Assembly (NCBI GenBank): GCA_913043225.1
Contig: CAJWLU010000020.1
Coordinates: 1-59,653 of the forward strand
Direction of reading: 5' to 3'
Source: an uncultured Acidobacteriota bacterium
GTDB lineage: Bacteria > Acidobacteriota > Vicinamibacteria > Vicinamibacterales > UBA8438
Length of the DNA: 59,653 nt
Both the position numbers and the translations under genes were made by a program. The notes below the pieces were generated by a model that saw only the letters and a program-made list of their open reading frames with translations, searched no databases and was not told the DNA's origin. Of this stretch, positions 50,572 to 59,653 are shown one piece after another. Each line of letters starts with the position of its first letter. The stretch's first letter is position 1.

Positions 50572-51372
50572 TCAGGCGAGGCTGGTGCCGCCGTCGACCG
50601 GAATCACCGTGCCGTTGGTATAGGCGCCGGCCCGCGACGCGAGGTAGATGGCGACGCCGGCCATTTCCTCGGGCCGTCCGATTCGGCCCAGCGGACAGTT
50701 CCGCTCGATCTGATCCTGAAAGTTGGCCAGTGACGCTTCGGTCATCTTGCTCTCGAAGAAGCCAGGCGCGACCGCATTCACCGTTATGTGCCGGGGGGCG
50801 AGCTCGATGGCTAGCGTCCGCGTCAGGTGGTGCACGGCCGCCTTGCTGGCCGAGTAGGGGAAGGTGCCGGTCTGGAGCACCGTCGGCACGTGCAGGCCGT
50901 CCATTGAGCCGATGTTGATCACGCGCGCCGGGTCGTCGGCCGAGGCGGTGATGGTCAGCAAGGGCGTCAGATCGCGGGTCAGGAAGAAGAGGGCGGTCAC
51001 GTTCAGCTCCAGCACCTTCCTGAATCCCCCCTCGGGAAACTCGTCGTAGGGGGCTCCCCACGCCGCTCCTGCGTTGTTGACCAGGATGTCTAACTGATCG
51101 ATTTGCTGAGCCAGGGCGTCGACCAGGCGGGCGCGGTCCGCGTCGTCGGCGACGTCGGCTGGCAGTGAGTGGCACGTGCCAAGCGACGACAACTCGGCGG
51201 CCACCGCGTCGGACACCGACGCCTTCCGCGACGAAATGTAGACCGTGGCTCCGGCCTGGAGGAATCCTTCGGCGATCATCTTGCCGATGCCACGCGATCC
51301 GCCGGTGACGAGCGCGGTCTTGCCGGAGAGATCGAAGAGCGTCGAAACGTTGATGGCGTTGGTGTCCGTCAT
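50572..51372 (-). CDS. SDR family oxidoreductase (RhlG-like)
   Basis: TGGSRGIG, LVNNAG, NIGS, YSASK, VNAVAPG, VDGG. Confidence 0.92.
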   Translation of the reverse strand: MTDTNAINVSTLFDLSGKTALVTGGSRGIGKMIAEGFLQAGATVYISSRKASVSDAVAAELSSLGTCHSLPADVADDADRARLVDALAQQIDQLDILVNNAGAAWGAPYDEFPEGGFRKVLELNVTALFFLTRDLTPLLTITASADDPARVINIGSMDGLHVPTVLQTGTFPYSASKAAVHHLTRTLAIELAPRHITVNAVAPGFFESKMTEASLANFQDQIERNCPLGRIGRPEEMAGVAIYLASRAGAYTNGTVIPVDGGTSLA

Positions 51373-51683
51373 GACTGTCCACCTTAACCCAGCACTCAGT
51401 CGGACTGGTTGGAATGCCGCCAGGTTCGCTAGATCGCGATGACGCCCGAAACGACCAGGCCGCTATGGCAACAACGCAACGCGACCGGTAGTGCAGGCTG
51501 GCGATGCCCGAGGTAGAACCTGGAACCTCCAACCAGATAGCGGTAGGATCGACGCCTCCATTACATCGGTGCGAGCGTAGCGGGTCTTCATCGACGCGCA
51601 GCATGCGCTTACCGAACCGGGAGGCTCTGAGGCCCAAGTGGCCTCGGCGGCAGGTATCCGTAATTCACAAAGGGAGAAAGCCG

Positions 51684-52067
51684 ATGGCAGACCAGACTGG
51701 CGAGTACAACCTTAAGTACAGCGGTACCGTGGTCAACAAGACGGCAGACGGTCAGGTTCAGCAGCTTATGACCTATGAAGGTGCTGGCACCGGATTTCCT
51801 GTCATCTTGGGATCTCTGATCTTCACCATGCCTCTGTCCGAAGCTGGAGCGAACAGCGGGTCGTGTAGCTGGGCTGGGCGAGGTGTTCTGGATGACGGGA
51901 CGTTAGCGGCTGGTCTCGCCGAAGGGACTTGGGAGCGAATCGGCGACGAGCTTCGAGCGAACGTGTCACTAGTACACGAGGTCTCTAACGGTCAGAAGAT
52001 TCGCTCGGAGGGTGTACTCGATTTCAATGCGGGCACCTTCAACGGGCAGATGTACGCTATCGAGTAG
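51684..52067 (+). CDS. Hypothetical all-beta protein
   Basis: SD GGGAGA upstream of the ATG, 127 aa with alternating beta-strand pattern, lower GC than the core. Confidence 0.65.
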   Translation: MADQTGEYNLKYSGTVVNKTADGQVQQLMTYEGAGTGFPVILGSLIFTMPLSEAGANSGSCSWAGRGVLDDGTLAAGLAEGTWERIGDELRANVSLVHEVSNGQKIRSEGVLDFNAGTFNGQMYAIE

Positions 52068-52180
52068 CAGATAGTGCGGCGTGCGGGGTCCACGGCTGTC
52101 GGTGTGATGTTCGACTAATTCGATCGCCGTGGCCCTGCTCACGCAGCTTAGGTGTCCGTCGTTATCGCCAGAGTCAGCAG

Positions 52181-52753
52181 ATGAGCCAGGACCAGGTGCC
52201 CAGAATGAACCCGCCGGCATCCGAAAGCTTTGTCGTGGTCGATGTTGAAACGGCGACGTCCGACCGCGCATCGATCTGTCAGATTGGGCTTGTCCGCGTG
52301 GTCGACGGCGTGTGTGTTGATCGTTGGTCGTCGTTAGTGAATCCAGGTGTGCCCTTTCACGAGGTCAACATTTCGATTCATGGGATCACGAGTGTGGCTG
52401 TGCAAGATGCGCCGCGCTTTTCCGCACTTGTCCCAGAACTCCGACAACGGTTTGCGGGAGAGGTCGTCGGTTGCCACACCATGTTCGACCGGGATGCCTT
52501 CGATGCCGCGTGCGATCTGCACGGTGAATCCCCCTGCGACGTCCGGTGGCTCGATACCGCTGAAGTGGTCCGTCGGACTTGGACCCAATTTGCGAGGAAG
52601 GGCTATAAGCTCAACAACATTGCGGCCTATCTGGGCCTCACCTTTCAACACCACGACGCCCTCGAAGACGCCCACGTCACCGCCCAGGTGTTACTGCGGG
52701 CCGTCGAAAAGACGGGTGTTAGGGTCGAGGAATGGTACGCGCGAACGCAATAA
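52181..52753 (+). CDS. DEDDh 3'-5' exonuclease (DNA polymerase III epsilon-like)
   Basis: VVDVETA, ICQIG, IHGIT, H..FD, LDT, HHDALEDA. Confidence 0.9.
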   Translation: MSQDQVPRMNPPASESFVVVDVETATSDRASICQIGLVRVVDGVCVDRWSSLVNPGVPFHEVNISIHGITSVAVQDAPRFSALVPELRQRFAGEVVGCHTMFDRDAFDAACDLHGESPCDVRWLDTAEVVRRTWTQFARKGYKLNNIAAYLGLTFQHHDALEDAHVTAQVLLRAVEKTGVRVEEWYARTQ

Positions 52754-52939
52754 GGCCCTGCTGCGGTAGGCGTCGCCCCTATTTCTCCTAGTCTGGGATT
52801 CAGTCAAACGTATTTCCGTGGACACCAGTGCACCGGTGTTGAGCGACACGAGCATAGTGCATACGGACAGAACTCGAGAAAGTCATGCATCATCAACACC
52901 TTATGGTGATGTCTGGGTTCTGGTTCGACGTGTCTTTAT

Positions 52940-54139
52940 TCAACTGGCTGGGCGGATCCGTTGGCCATTGAGCAGAGTGCCGAGCGCGCGGTAGCGGACG
53001 AGGTGCTGGTAGGTGACCAACAGCATTGCTGTAACCGAGGCACTGATGACCAAGAATTTTGGGATGGCGGGAACATCCCAGCTGGCGATGACTCCCTGTG
53101 CGATGAATACGAGGGGGAGGTGGGCGAGATACATCCAGTAGGAGGCATCGGACAGGTAGCGGACCCAGAACCGCTCGGTCGCCATAAAACGACGGAAGAG
53201 TCCGATCAGGGCAAAGCTCATTGTCCAGGCGAACGCCACTTGGCAGGTCGATGCCGTGATCCAGGAAGTTTCGACGAGAGCCAGACCTGGGAAGAAGAGC
53301 ACGGTCGACGAGACGAGTAAGAGCATCCAACGACGACCGAGAGATTCAATGAGTGCCAGGCCGTGACGGTTGTTTTGATCGTAGGCGAGGGCGCCGAAGC
53401 CAAAGAAACAAGCGTAGTAGGCGAGTACGTGAATGGCTGGTACTAAACCAACTGACGTGTCAGGCCCGAAGGTCCGCTCCACCATCATTAACTGAGGGAT
53501 GAACGTCACCACTGGGAGAGACCACAGAATCCCTGTTAAGGCCTTAGTTGGAATGGGCCGTGTGTGTTCGGCTTTGCGGGCCAGCCAGCGAACGATGGTT
53601 ACGATGGCAGCGAAGCCAGCGACCATCCAGAGCAAAAACCACAGGAACCACATGTGGGCGAACTCGAAAGGCTGCGTCTTGGCCAGGGGAGCTGCAGTCT
53701 TCTGTGGTGTAGCGCCGAGGCTTGAATCGACCTCAAACTGTTCGCTGTAGCTGGTGGACGCGTTTAGGGGATCGACTGTTTCGAGGTCGACACCGCTAAT
53801 TACCAGCCCTCCGACGAGGCCGATGATTACTGCTGGGAGGATGGTGAAGATGCCGATCGCCAGTGGGATGCCGATGCGCTTGAGCCGGTGCTTGATGAGG
53901 AAGCGGAGTCCGCGCCTGCGCCATAGCATGGTGGAAAAAAATCCGCTAAGCAGAAAAAAGAGCGGCATCCGAAAGCCGTGCACGAAGGCAACAAATAGCC
54001 AGAGTAAGCCGCTGCCAGAGTCGTCTGGCTCCCTGTAGGGCACGAACGGGATGGCCGCATGAAGGCCGATGCCCAAGAGCATCGCAAAGCCTCGAAGGGC
54101 ATCGAGGTTGTAGTAGCGAATGGTTGCAGGCGTGCCCAT
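52940..54139 (-). CDS. Acyltransferase-3 family membrane protein (OpgC/MdoC-like)
   Basis: LDALRG.AMLLG..LH, HGFRMPLFFLLSGFF, HMWFL, YLSDASYWMYLAH.P. Confidence 0.88.
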   Translation of the reverse strand: MGTPATIRYYNLDALRGFAMLLGIGLHAAIPFVPYREPDDSGSGLLWLFVAFVHGFRMPLFFLLSGFFSTMLWRRRGLRFLIKHRLKRIGIPLAIGIFTILPAVIIGLVGGLVISGVDLETVDPLNASTSYSEQFEVDSSLGATPQKTAAPLAKTQPFEFAHMWFLWFLLWMVAGFAAIVTIVRWLARKAEHTRPIPTKALTGILWSLPVVTFIPQLMMVERTFGPDTSVGLVPAIHVLAYYACFFGFGALAYDQNNRHGLALIESLGRRWMLLLVSSTVLFFPGLALVETSWITASTCQVAFAWTMSFALIGLFRRFMATERFWVRYLSDASYWMYLAHLPLVFIAQGVIASWDVPAIPKFLVISASVTAMLLVTYQHLVRYRALGTLLNGQRIRPAS

Positions 54140-54249
54140 GGGACTGGACTAGTCGAACGCGGTATTCCGTGTTCCGCCTATCAGTACCACCGGCGATTGC
54201 AGCGGCCAGGATTCTCCATGAGGGTTCGAGCATCTACTGAAATATTGCG

Positions 54250-55698
54250 TCATGCCTCGGACACCGCCGCACCGAAGCTCGAAGCGAGGATGTCATCAGG
54301 GTCGTAGAGACTCTTCAACTCGACCAGGCGAGGCCAGAGATCACCATAGTGGCGTCTCCAGAACCCCGACGATAGCGGCAGCGTATCCGGAAGATAACGG
54401 ACTCCGTCACAATCCAGCACTCGCTCGTAGATAGCTTCGTTGTCTGCGATCAGGTCCTTGATCCGATCGTCTGTCGGCGGGTCGGCACGGCGAAGGATGC
54501 CCAGAAAGAAACCGTACGGCTGGGCTTTCGGCAACCGTAGAAATGGCGCAGTGATCAGACGCTTATCCAAGGAAAAAAACAATACGGGTCCTTGTCCGAT
54601 GTCTGTAGCTGGGTGTAGCCGTTCAAATTCATTGACCGCGAGATCGATGCCTCTGTCATCGAGCGGAAGAAACACCGTGAGCTCAGGATGGGGTGCTGCC
54701 CCTTTATCCTCTTCCTCGAGGATGAGCGGTGGTCGTCGGAAGCAGAAGTCTTTCCAGGAGAGCTCCCAGGTGTCTGCCATTCCCGGCAAACCGCCAAGCG
54801 ATCGAGGTTCTGGAGGCCTGGGGGTTCTCTTCGCGTGAATCAAGTCCGAGACCTCTAGGTTGTAGATCCAGTCTCCGGGCACGGAGAGCAGGACGCGCTC
54901 AATGTTGGCTCGAGACAGGGACATGGCATCCTTCGAATTCATTCTTGTCGCTACCGAGTCGATCGATTTCTCGGCAGCAAAACCATGCACGAGGTTCGCC
55001 TCGCCCTCCCTGACGATGCGCCGCATGTCCTCCAGAAGATTACGCAGCGAGCCGTAGCACACCTGCAACATGCGGACGGCTTCCGGCGCGACCTCCAACG
55101 GAATCCTGGCTCGGGTGATGATCCCGAATTGTCCGTGGGTTCCCCGAACCGCATCGAAAAGCTCTTTGCCTTGGCTGGCTGAACAAACGTAGCGCTTGCC
55201 TGACCCGGTCACCACTTCCAGTTCCAGGAGGTGGTCCATCTGTGTTCCGCGGTTAAACGACATGAAGCCGAAACCACCCATCGAGATGGTGCCGCCTACG
55301 GACACGCCAAGCCAGTCAGTTACTACCGGAGGAGTGCGTCCACTCGCCATCGTCGCTTTGAGAACCGCTGACCAGGAAATGCCAGCTTCTACATCGATGT
55401 AGTCATCCGTGATCTCCAAAACCTTGTCCAGTGATTTCATGTCTATCACCAGACCCCCGGGAGCCATCATCTGTCCTCCCGCAGAATGAGCACATCCCCG
55501 GGTTGCGAGCGCGATCTGCTCTTGCCGACAGAACGTTACTGCGGTGACCACATCACCCGCGTCTGCTGGTCGCAACACGGCCAGTGGACGCCGCCGACGG
55601 ATCTTGCCGAAGTCCAACTCGGCGATGTCGAGCTGCGTCTTCTCCTGGCTAATCTCCCCCCGCAGGGTGGGCAGTCGGGTAGTCCAGTCAGTGGCCAT
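54250..55698 (-). CDS. FAD-linked oxidoreductase, cytokinin dehydrogenase (CKX)-like
   Basis: DFG...P.AVLRP, RGCAHS.GGQ, TDWL.VSVGGTIS.GG, LEVVTG.G, GQFGIITRARI.L, PHP, YLP, HYG..W...K..YDP..IL. Confidence 0.85.
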   Translation of the reverse strand: MATDWTTRLPTLRGEISQEKTQLDIAELDFGKIRRRRPLAVLRPADAGDVVTAVTFCRQEQIALATRGCAHSAGGQMMAPGGLVIDMKSLDKVLEITDDYIDVEAGISWSAVLKATMASGRTPPVVTDWLGVSVGGTISMGGFGFMSFNRGTQMDHLLELEVVTGSGKRYVCSASQGKELFDAVRGTHGQFGIITRARIPLEVAPEAVRMLQVCYGSLRNLLEDMRRIVREGEANLVHGFAAEKSIDSVATRMNSKDAMSLSRANIERVLLSVPGDWIYNLEVSDLIHAKRTPRPPEPRSLGGLPGMADTWELSWKDFCFRRPPLILEEEDKGAAPHPELTVFLPLDDRGIDLAVNEFERLHPATDIGQGPVLFFSLDKRLITAPFLRLPKAQPYGFFLGILRRADPPTDDRIKDLIADNEAIYERVLDCDGVRYLPDTLPLSSGFWRRHYGDLWPRLVELKSLYDPDDILASSFGAAVSEA

Positions 55699-55747
55699 CC
55701 CTTGATCTCGACTCTGGTCTGAGGATTATGGTCGTCGGTCCTGCCTG

Positions 55748-56737
55748 CTACAGACCGACCCGCTGGTGGATCGCGAGGTGGTACGCGGTCAGGCGCTCCC
55801 AGTCCTGCTGGGACACACTGTCAGTCCGGCTCTCCATGACGGCTCCCAAGATTTTGAGCTCAAGAGTCAAGGCCTCGACCACGTGGGCACGGGCGTCTCG
55901 CGGCACATCGTCTAGCACCGCGGTTACCAAGCAACCCGCTTGGGTCGCTGCCACGCGCAAGTGCACCCTCTTTCGGGCATCATCCTTGCTCCAGACATAG
56001 GACACGCCGCCGTGTTCTTCTATGACCTTTAGACCCAGGTCCCCGTGCATTCTGGTCTCTGTGTAGGCTTCGTCGACCTGTCGAATCAGGCGGTGCCCCG
56101 TCCATCGTGGCAGGTTGAGCGGATTGAGTAGGAACGGCAGGACTTCTTCGGCTGAGACATCAATCGCAACGGAGGGGTTTTCATGTTTCTCAGCCGCCGT
56201 TACTTCACGGTCTGTCGATTCGAGATAGCTGGTCATGGTATTTGCGAGCGCAGCCATGTTCTCGTTGGTGAAGACACCAGAAGACGCTTTAGGTGATCGT
56301 TCAATCAATTCTATGAAGTAGCCTGTCGGCTCTCGACTGACAAATATTTGCAGCAAGCCCGTCAACGGATCGCGATGGGGTTCGGATGCGGTCGTACGTA
56401 CCCCGCCGGCCCGGAGCAAGGCTAGCGAATCTTCGATATTTGCTACCTCATAGGCAATATGGTGAACGCCAGGCCCATACTGTTGAAGATAACGGGAGAA
56501 GATCGACTCTTCCGTAAGTCCTTCGGTGATAACCACTACGCGCTCCTCAGAGTCTGGTAGCCGGAGGACATGGTTCAGCATGTCGAAACCACCAGTCGGT
56601 GCAGTCCCTGCGTTGACTTTTTGAATGCGAGATGGCCGGAACCCAAGCACCTCCTCGTGAAAGCGGGCTGTGGCGCGGGCATCCTCAACGATGAGTGTGT
56701 AGTGATCGAGCGGGCCGAGTTTGAGTGGAAGCGACAT
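55748..56737 (-). CDS. VOC/HPPD-C-domain-like metalloenzyme fused to an SRPBCC-like domain
   Basis: LDH, GPGVHHIAYEV, LLQIF, FIELIER, GVFTNENMAAL. C-terminal SVAIDVSAEEV..FL.NP.NLPRW. ATG 56737 has SD GAGAGGA. Confidence 0.78.
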   Translation of the reverse strand: MSLPLKLGPLDHYTLIVEDARATARFHEEVLGFRPSRIQKVNAGTAPTGGFDMLNHVLRLPDSEERVVVITEGLTEESIFSRYLQQYGPGVHHIAYEVANIEDSLALLRAGGVRTTASEPHRDPLTGLLQIFVSREPTGYFIELIERSPKASSGVFTNENMAALANTMTSYLESTDREVTAAEKHENPSVAIDVSAEEVLPFLLNPLNLPRWTGHRLIRQVDEAYTETRMHGDLGLKVIEEHGGVSYVWSKDDARKRVHLRVAATQAGCLVTAVLDDVPRDARAHVVEALTLELKILGAVMESRTDSVSQQDWERLTAYHLAIHQRVGL

Positions 56738-56798
56738 CCTTGTCCTCTCGCGGAGGCGATGATTCACACCTTACTTATATGCAGCTGAGCCGAACACA

Positions 56799-59516
56799 TC
56801 AGGGCTTGAGTTGATGTGCGATGGCATCATGACCATTGTCCCGCGCGATCTGCCAGGGCAACTGGCCAAGATCCGACGCGAGGTTCAGATCGGCGCCCAA
56901 CTCCACGAGCACCGCACACACCGAGTCTCTCCCAGCGAACGCGGCATTCCTCAGTAGTATCCCTGGCGTTCCCATGGCGTGGCCGTGGTCTGGATGTTGT
57001 CCGGCTAGCCTCTCCTGAATCTCCTGTGGAGATCCGACATAGATGAGGTCATTGATCACCATGCCGCCAGGAACCTGACACAGGTGGTCGACGACGCGAG
57101 CCGACGATGCCACCCATGCCCACGCCAGTGGCGTCGCCGTCCATTCCGAGTCAGTCACCAGAGGATTGGCACCTTGGCCCAGAAGCAACTTGACGATTTC
57201 GATGTGGTCACCCTGACTCGCAGCGTGCATGGCCGACCGCTGAATACCGTGAATGCTCGCTAGGCTGTCCACGGAAGTGCCATGGTCGATCAAGAGCTGG
57301 ACGGCTTCGGACTGGTTTCTTTGCGCCGCGAAGACGAGCGCCTCACTGAGCACCGCCTTCCGGTCAGCCGAGTCTATTTTGTCTCTCTCAGGTCGATATC
57401 GGTCGTAGGCACTAGGCTCAAACGACTCTGTCGTCAGCCATGCCTGCATTGCTTCGACGTCGCCAAGCCCGGCGGCAAATGCCAGGTCAACCACGGCTCC
57501 ACGAGAACGAAGGTGCCGTCCTGCGGGATCGAGTGCCGCGTTCCGGGCCGAACCCGTAAGAGCGGCATGAAGCGCACGGCCTTTACCCTCGTCCAGATCA
57601 GCACCGCCTTGTTCGAGGCCTTCAATGAGGCCTATCGTCTCGGAGTGACTCTCTGGCATCTGGTTGATCACCAGAGTCAGCGCGGTCATGTGCGTGTCTG
57701 TGCCCCGGATCAACTTGCCTCCTCCAGACACCGCGTTCGGATCTGCGCCGGTAGCAAGCAGCATTTCGACCATGCGCTTCGCTTGGGCCGGCATCTTGCC
57801 AAAAGGCGCCCCCACTGCGTGGTGCAGTAGCGTCGACGCCGCGTAGATGCCGTCGTACGGCGCCGTCGTGCTCGGTTGCCGATGCTGGACTATCTCCGGA
57901 TGAAACACGAGGGTCTCCTGAAGCAAATCGATATCGTCACGCTGTATCGCCAACGATGCGATCTCGAACGCTCGACGCCCCTTAAGGCGGTCAGGCAACT
58001 CCGTCCATACATCAAGACGGTCGCTCCCATCCAGCGCCTCACCTGTCTGCGACGCGTGCACGACCTCACTCGCGGCCCGAAGGCCACTCTCCACCGCACC
58101 CTCCACCCACCGATGCAGCGCTGTATGTTCACCAGCGAAATGTATTCGCCCCTGAGGCATGCAGATGTCGTGATGCAGACGCCTCTGCTGGCCAGGGAGG
58201 AACACGGTGTACGCTCCGCCGGCAAAGGGGTCCGCCTGCCAAATATGCGAGAAGCCAGCCTCGAAATGCTCGGCAGCTGGCGGATGTATGCGCGTGATGT
58301 TGTCCAGCGCCTGCGCAAGGCGTTCGGGTTCCGTCAGTGCGGCCCAGCGGTGGGCATCTTGCGACCAGGTGTAACTCGCCAGCAGTAAGCCACGATTTGT
58401 GGGGTGGTCGTGCTCGGGATACACGACATTGCGGACCGGCAGATCTGTCACGGTCGTTCCGAAAAAGATCCCTTCTTCCTCCCAGAACCGTCGTCGGAAC
58501 TGCAGAAAGATCTTGGATGCATTGTCGTAGTGGATCTGACGAATTGCCCGCTGTTTCGACTGGCTGAACTCGGGTGTGACATCGATGTGCCGCAGGACCG
58601 CGTAGGGCAAGGTAACAATCAGGTAATCGCCAGTGACCGAGCGGTGCCCAGCGGCGTTGTCGTAGTGCACGCGCACGTAGTCAGGCCCTTGTTCTAGGCG
58701 ACGGACAACGGCGCCATACCTAAGACTGGGTTCAAGCTCCGGGAGAAACTTGTTGGGAAGACGGTCCATGCCATCGACGATACGTACCATGGGCAGGGGC
58801 ACATCGTTGCTTCCCTGGAAGAATTCCAGGAACGATGTATTCATGAGCGATTCATGCCTTGAGAGGATGCCGAACATCTCGATCGCACCGTCCGACCAGC
58901 CATGCTCGACGAGAAAATCTCGCAGAGACGCCCGTTCCCATCGATCAAGGATCTGACTCCAGCCGTCGTCGCCTTGCTCGACGATGAGTTGTGTCAGCGG
59001 TGCAAGATCGCGGTCAAGAAGACTGCCGATCTTCTTTCCTCGCTCATCTGACTCCAGGTCGAAGAGGTCATCGACCGGATCGGAGAATCGTCTTCGCTGG
59101 GCACGGATGAAGGTATAGGCGTTGGGGTTGTCGTTCTTGAACGGGGCTGTCTTCAGTCCGAATCGCTGGACATACGACATCGTAAGCTCATGGTTGGTCG
59201 GGATGCGCATGGCGCCGACCTCGGCGGTGAGGCCTTTCGCGATACCGTCTCGCGCGGTATAGATTCGTCCACCGACACGATTCCTCGCCTCCAGCAGGGT
59301 CACCCGATGACCTGCTCGACGCAGTTCATAGGCAGCTACAAGGCCTGCGATACCGGCCCCCGCGATCAGCACGTGGGTCTTCCGTCGCGTCGGAGCCAAT
59401 CCGCGCGTGGCGATGTTGAGTATGCGCTGCTTGGTCTGATCGGTCCGGAGTTCCAAGAGTCCGCCTAGGCTGGAGAAGAGACCGGAAAGGGAGGATAACA
59501 GATGTGGCCCCGGCAA
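56799..59516 (-). CDS. Flavin amine / L-amino-acid oxidase fused to C-terminal ankyrin repeats (start uncertain)
   Basis: GAGIAGL, LEARNRVGGR, EVGAMRIP, IHFAGEH, WVEGAVESG. The last ~400 aa carry ankyrin motifs (TLLHHAV, GADPN, AMHAASQGDHIEIVKLLLGQGANP, TPLAWA, GADLN). Confidence 0.85.
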   Translation of the reverse strand: MPGPHLLSSLSGLFSSLGGLLELRTDQTKQRILNIATRGLAPTRRKTHVLIAGAGIAGLVAAYELRRAGHRVTLLEARNRVGGRIYTARDGIAKGLTAEVGAMRIPTNHELTMSYVQRFGLKTAPFKNDNPNAYTFIRAQRRRFSDPVDDLFDLESDERGKKIGSLLDRDLAPLTQLIVEQGDDGWSQILDRWERASLRDFLVEHGWSDGAIEMFGILSRHESLMNTSFLEFFQGSNDVPLPMVRIVDGMDRLPNKFLPELEPSLRYGAVVRRLEQGPDYVRVHYDNAAGHRSVTGDYLIVTLPYAVLRHIDVTPEFSQSKQRAIRQIHYDNASKIFLQFRRRFWEEEGIFFGTTVTDLPVRNVVYPEHDHPTNRGLLLASYTWSQDAHRWAALTEPERLAQALDNITRIHPPAAEHFEAGFSHIWQADPFAGGAYTVFLPGQQRRLHHDICMPQGRIHFAGEHTALHRWVEGAVESGLRAASEVVHASQTGEALDGSDRLDVWTELPDRLKGRRAFEIASLAIQRDDIDLLQETLVFHPEIVQHRQPSTTAPYDGIYAASTLLHHAVGAPFGKMPAQAKRMVEMLLATGADPNAVSGGGKLIRGTDTHMTALTLVINQMPESHSETIGLIEGLEQGGADLDEGKGRALHAALTGSARNAALDPAGRHLRSRGAVVDLAFAAGLGDVEAMQAWLTTESFEPSAYDRYRPERDKIDSADRKAVLSEALVFAAQRNQSEAVQLLIDHGTSVDSLASIHGIQRSAMHAASQGDHIEIVKLLLGQGANPLVTDSEWTATPLAWAWVASSARVVDHLCQVPGGMVINDLIYVGSPQEIQERLAGQHPDHGHAMGTPGILLRNAAFAGRDSVCAVLVELGADLNLASDLGQLPWQIARDNGHDAIAHQLKP

Positions 59517-59586
59517 GAGCGGCCTGGCTGGCCCGGAAAAAGTTCACCGTCAGTCCTGATCACAAAGAGGCGGTTCGCTCCTTAAG

Positions 59587-59612
59587 TGGCGGAGGCGACG
59601 GGAGTCGAACCC
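59587..59612 (-). mobile_element. 3' end of a tmRNA- or tRNA-Ser-like gene; probable att-site remnant
   Basis: The minus strand reads GGG-TTCGACT-CCCGT-CGCCTCC-GCCA (T-loop, 7-nt acceptor strand, NCCA). Sequence 5' of the T-arm is not tRNA-like. Confidence 0.72.
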
Positions 59613-59653
59613 AAACGAGACAATAGCCATAACTTGTTTATGGCGAACGACTT

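Noticed and set aside
59587..59612. tRNA-Sec remnant matching the selenoprotein
   Set aside because: Spacing after the T-loop is 5+7+NCCA, whereas bacterial tRNA-Sec needs an 8-bp acceptor stem.

Overview
A GC-rich bacterial chromosomal segment with about 45 protein-coding genes. The gene repertoire looks like Acidobacteriota/Vicinamibacterales, which is my inference and not proven. Both ends carry tRNA/tmRNA 3'-end remnants that look like integration scars (659-686 on +, 59587-59612 on -). Most of the window is metabolic or envelope genes: two aminotransferases, a homodimeric-type pyruvate:ferredoxin oxidoreductase, a Mo-hydroxylase large subunit, a RapA-like SNF2 helicase, hydrolases, PQQ-fold proteins, a CoA ligase and an SDR. 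Five things stand out. (1) A complete mxaR-S-A-C-K-L-like metal-insertion operon with no methanol dehydrogenase. It is tied by a duplicated FMN-binding gene to a module of FMN-binding protein, 4Fe-4S membrane protein, HupE/UreJ protein, a PAL-like NHL beta-propeller lipoprotein with a vicinal Cys-Cys, and a cytochrome c. This is a candidate undescribed periplasmic metalloenzyme system. (2) A rhodanese with an in-frame UGA at the catalytic Cys followed by a SECIS-like hairpin, so a probable selenoprotein. (3) A lower-GC island with a three-gene oxidative cassette: flavin amine/amino-acid oxidase-ankyrin fusion, half-HPPD-like dioxygenase-SRPBCC fusion, and cytokinin-dehydrogenase-like oxidase. 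(4) A MITE/REP-like family that overlaps TAG stop codons. (5) Several pseudogene and deletion scars. No rRNA, intact tRNA, CRISPR array, transposase or integrase was seen. All calls come from manual motif recognition, and no database search was run.
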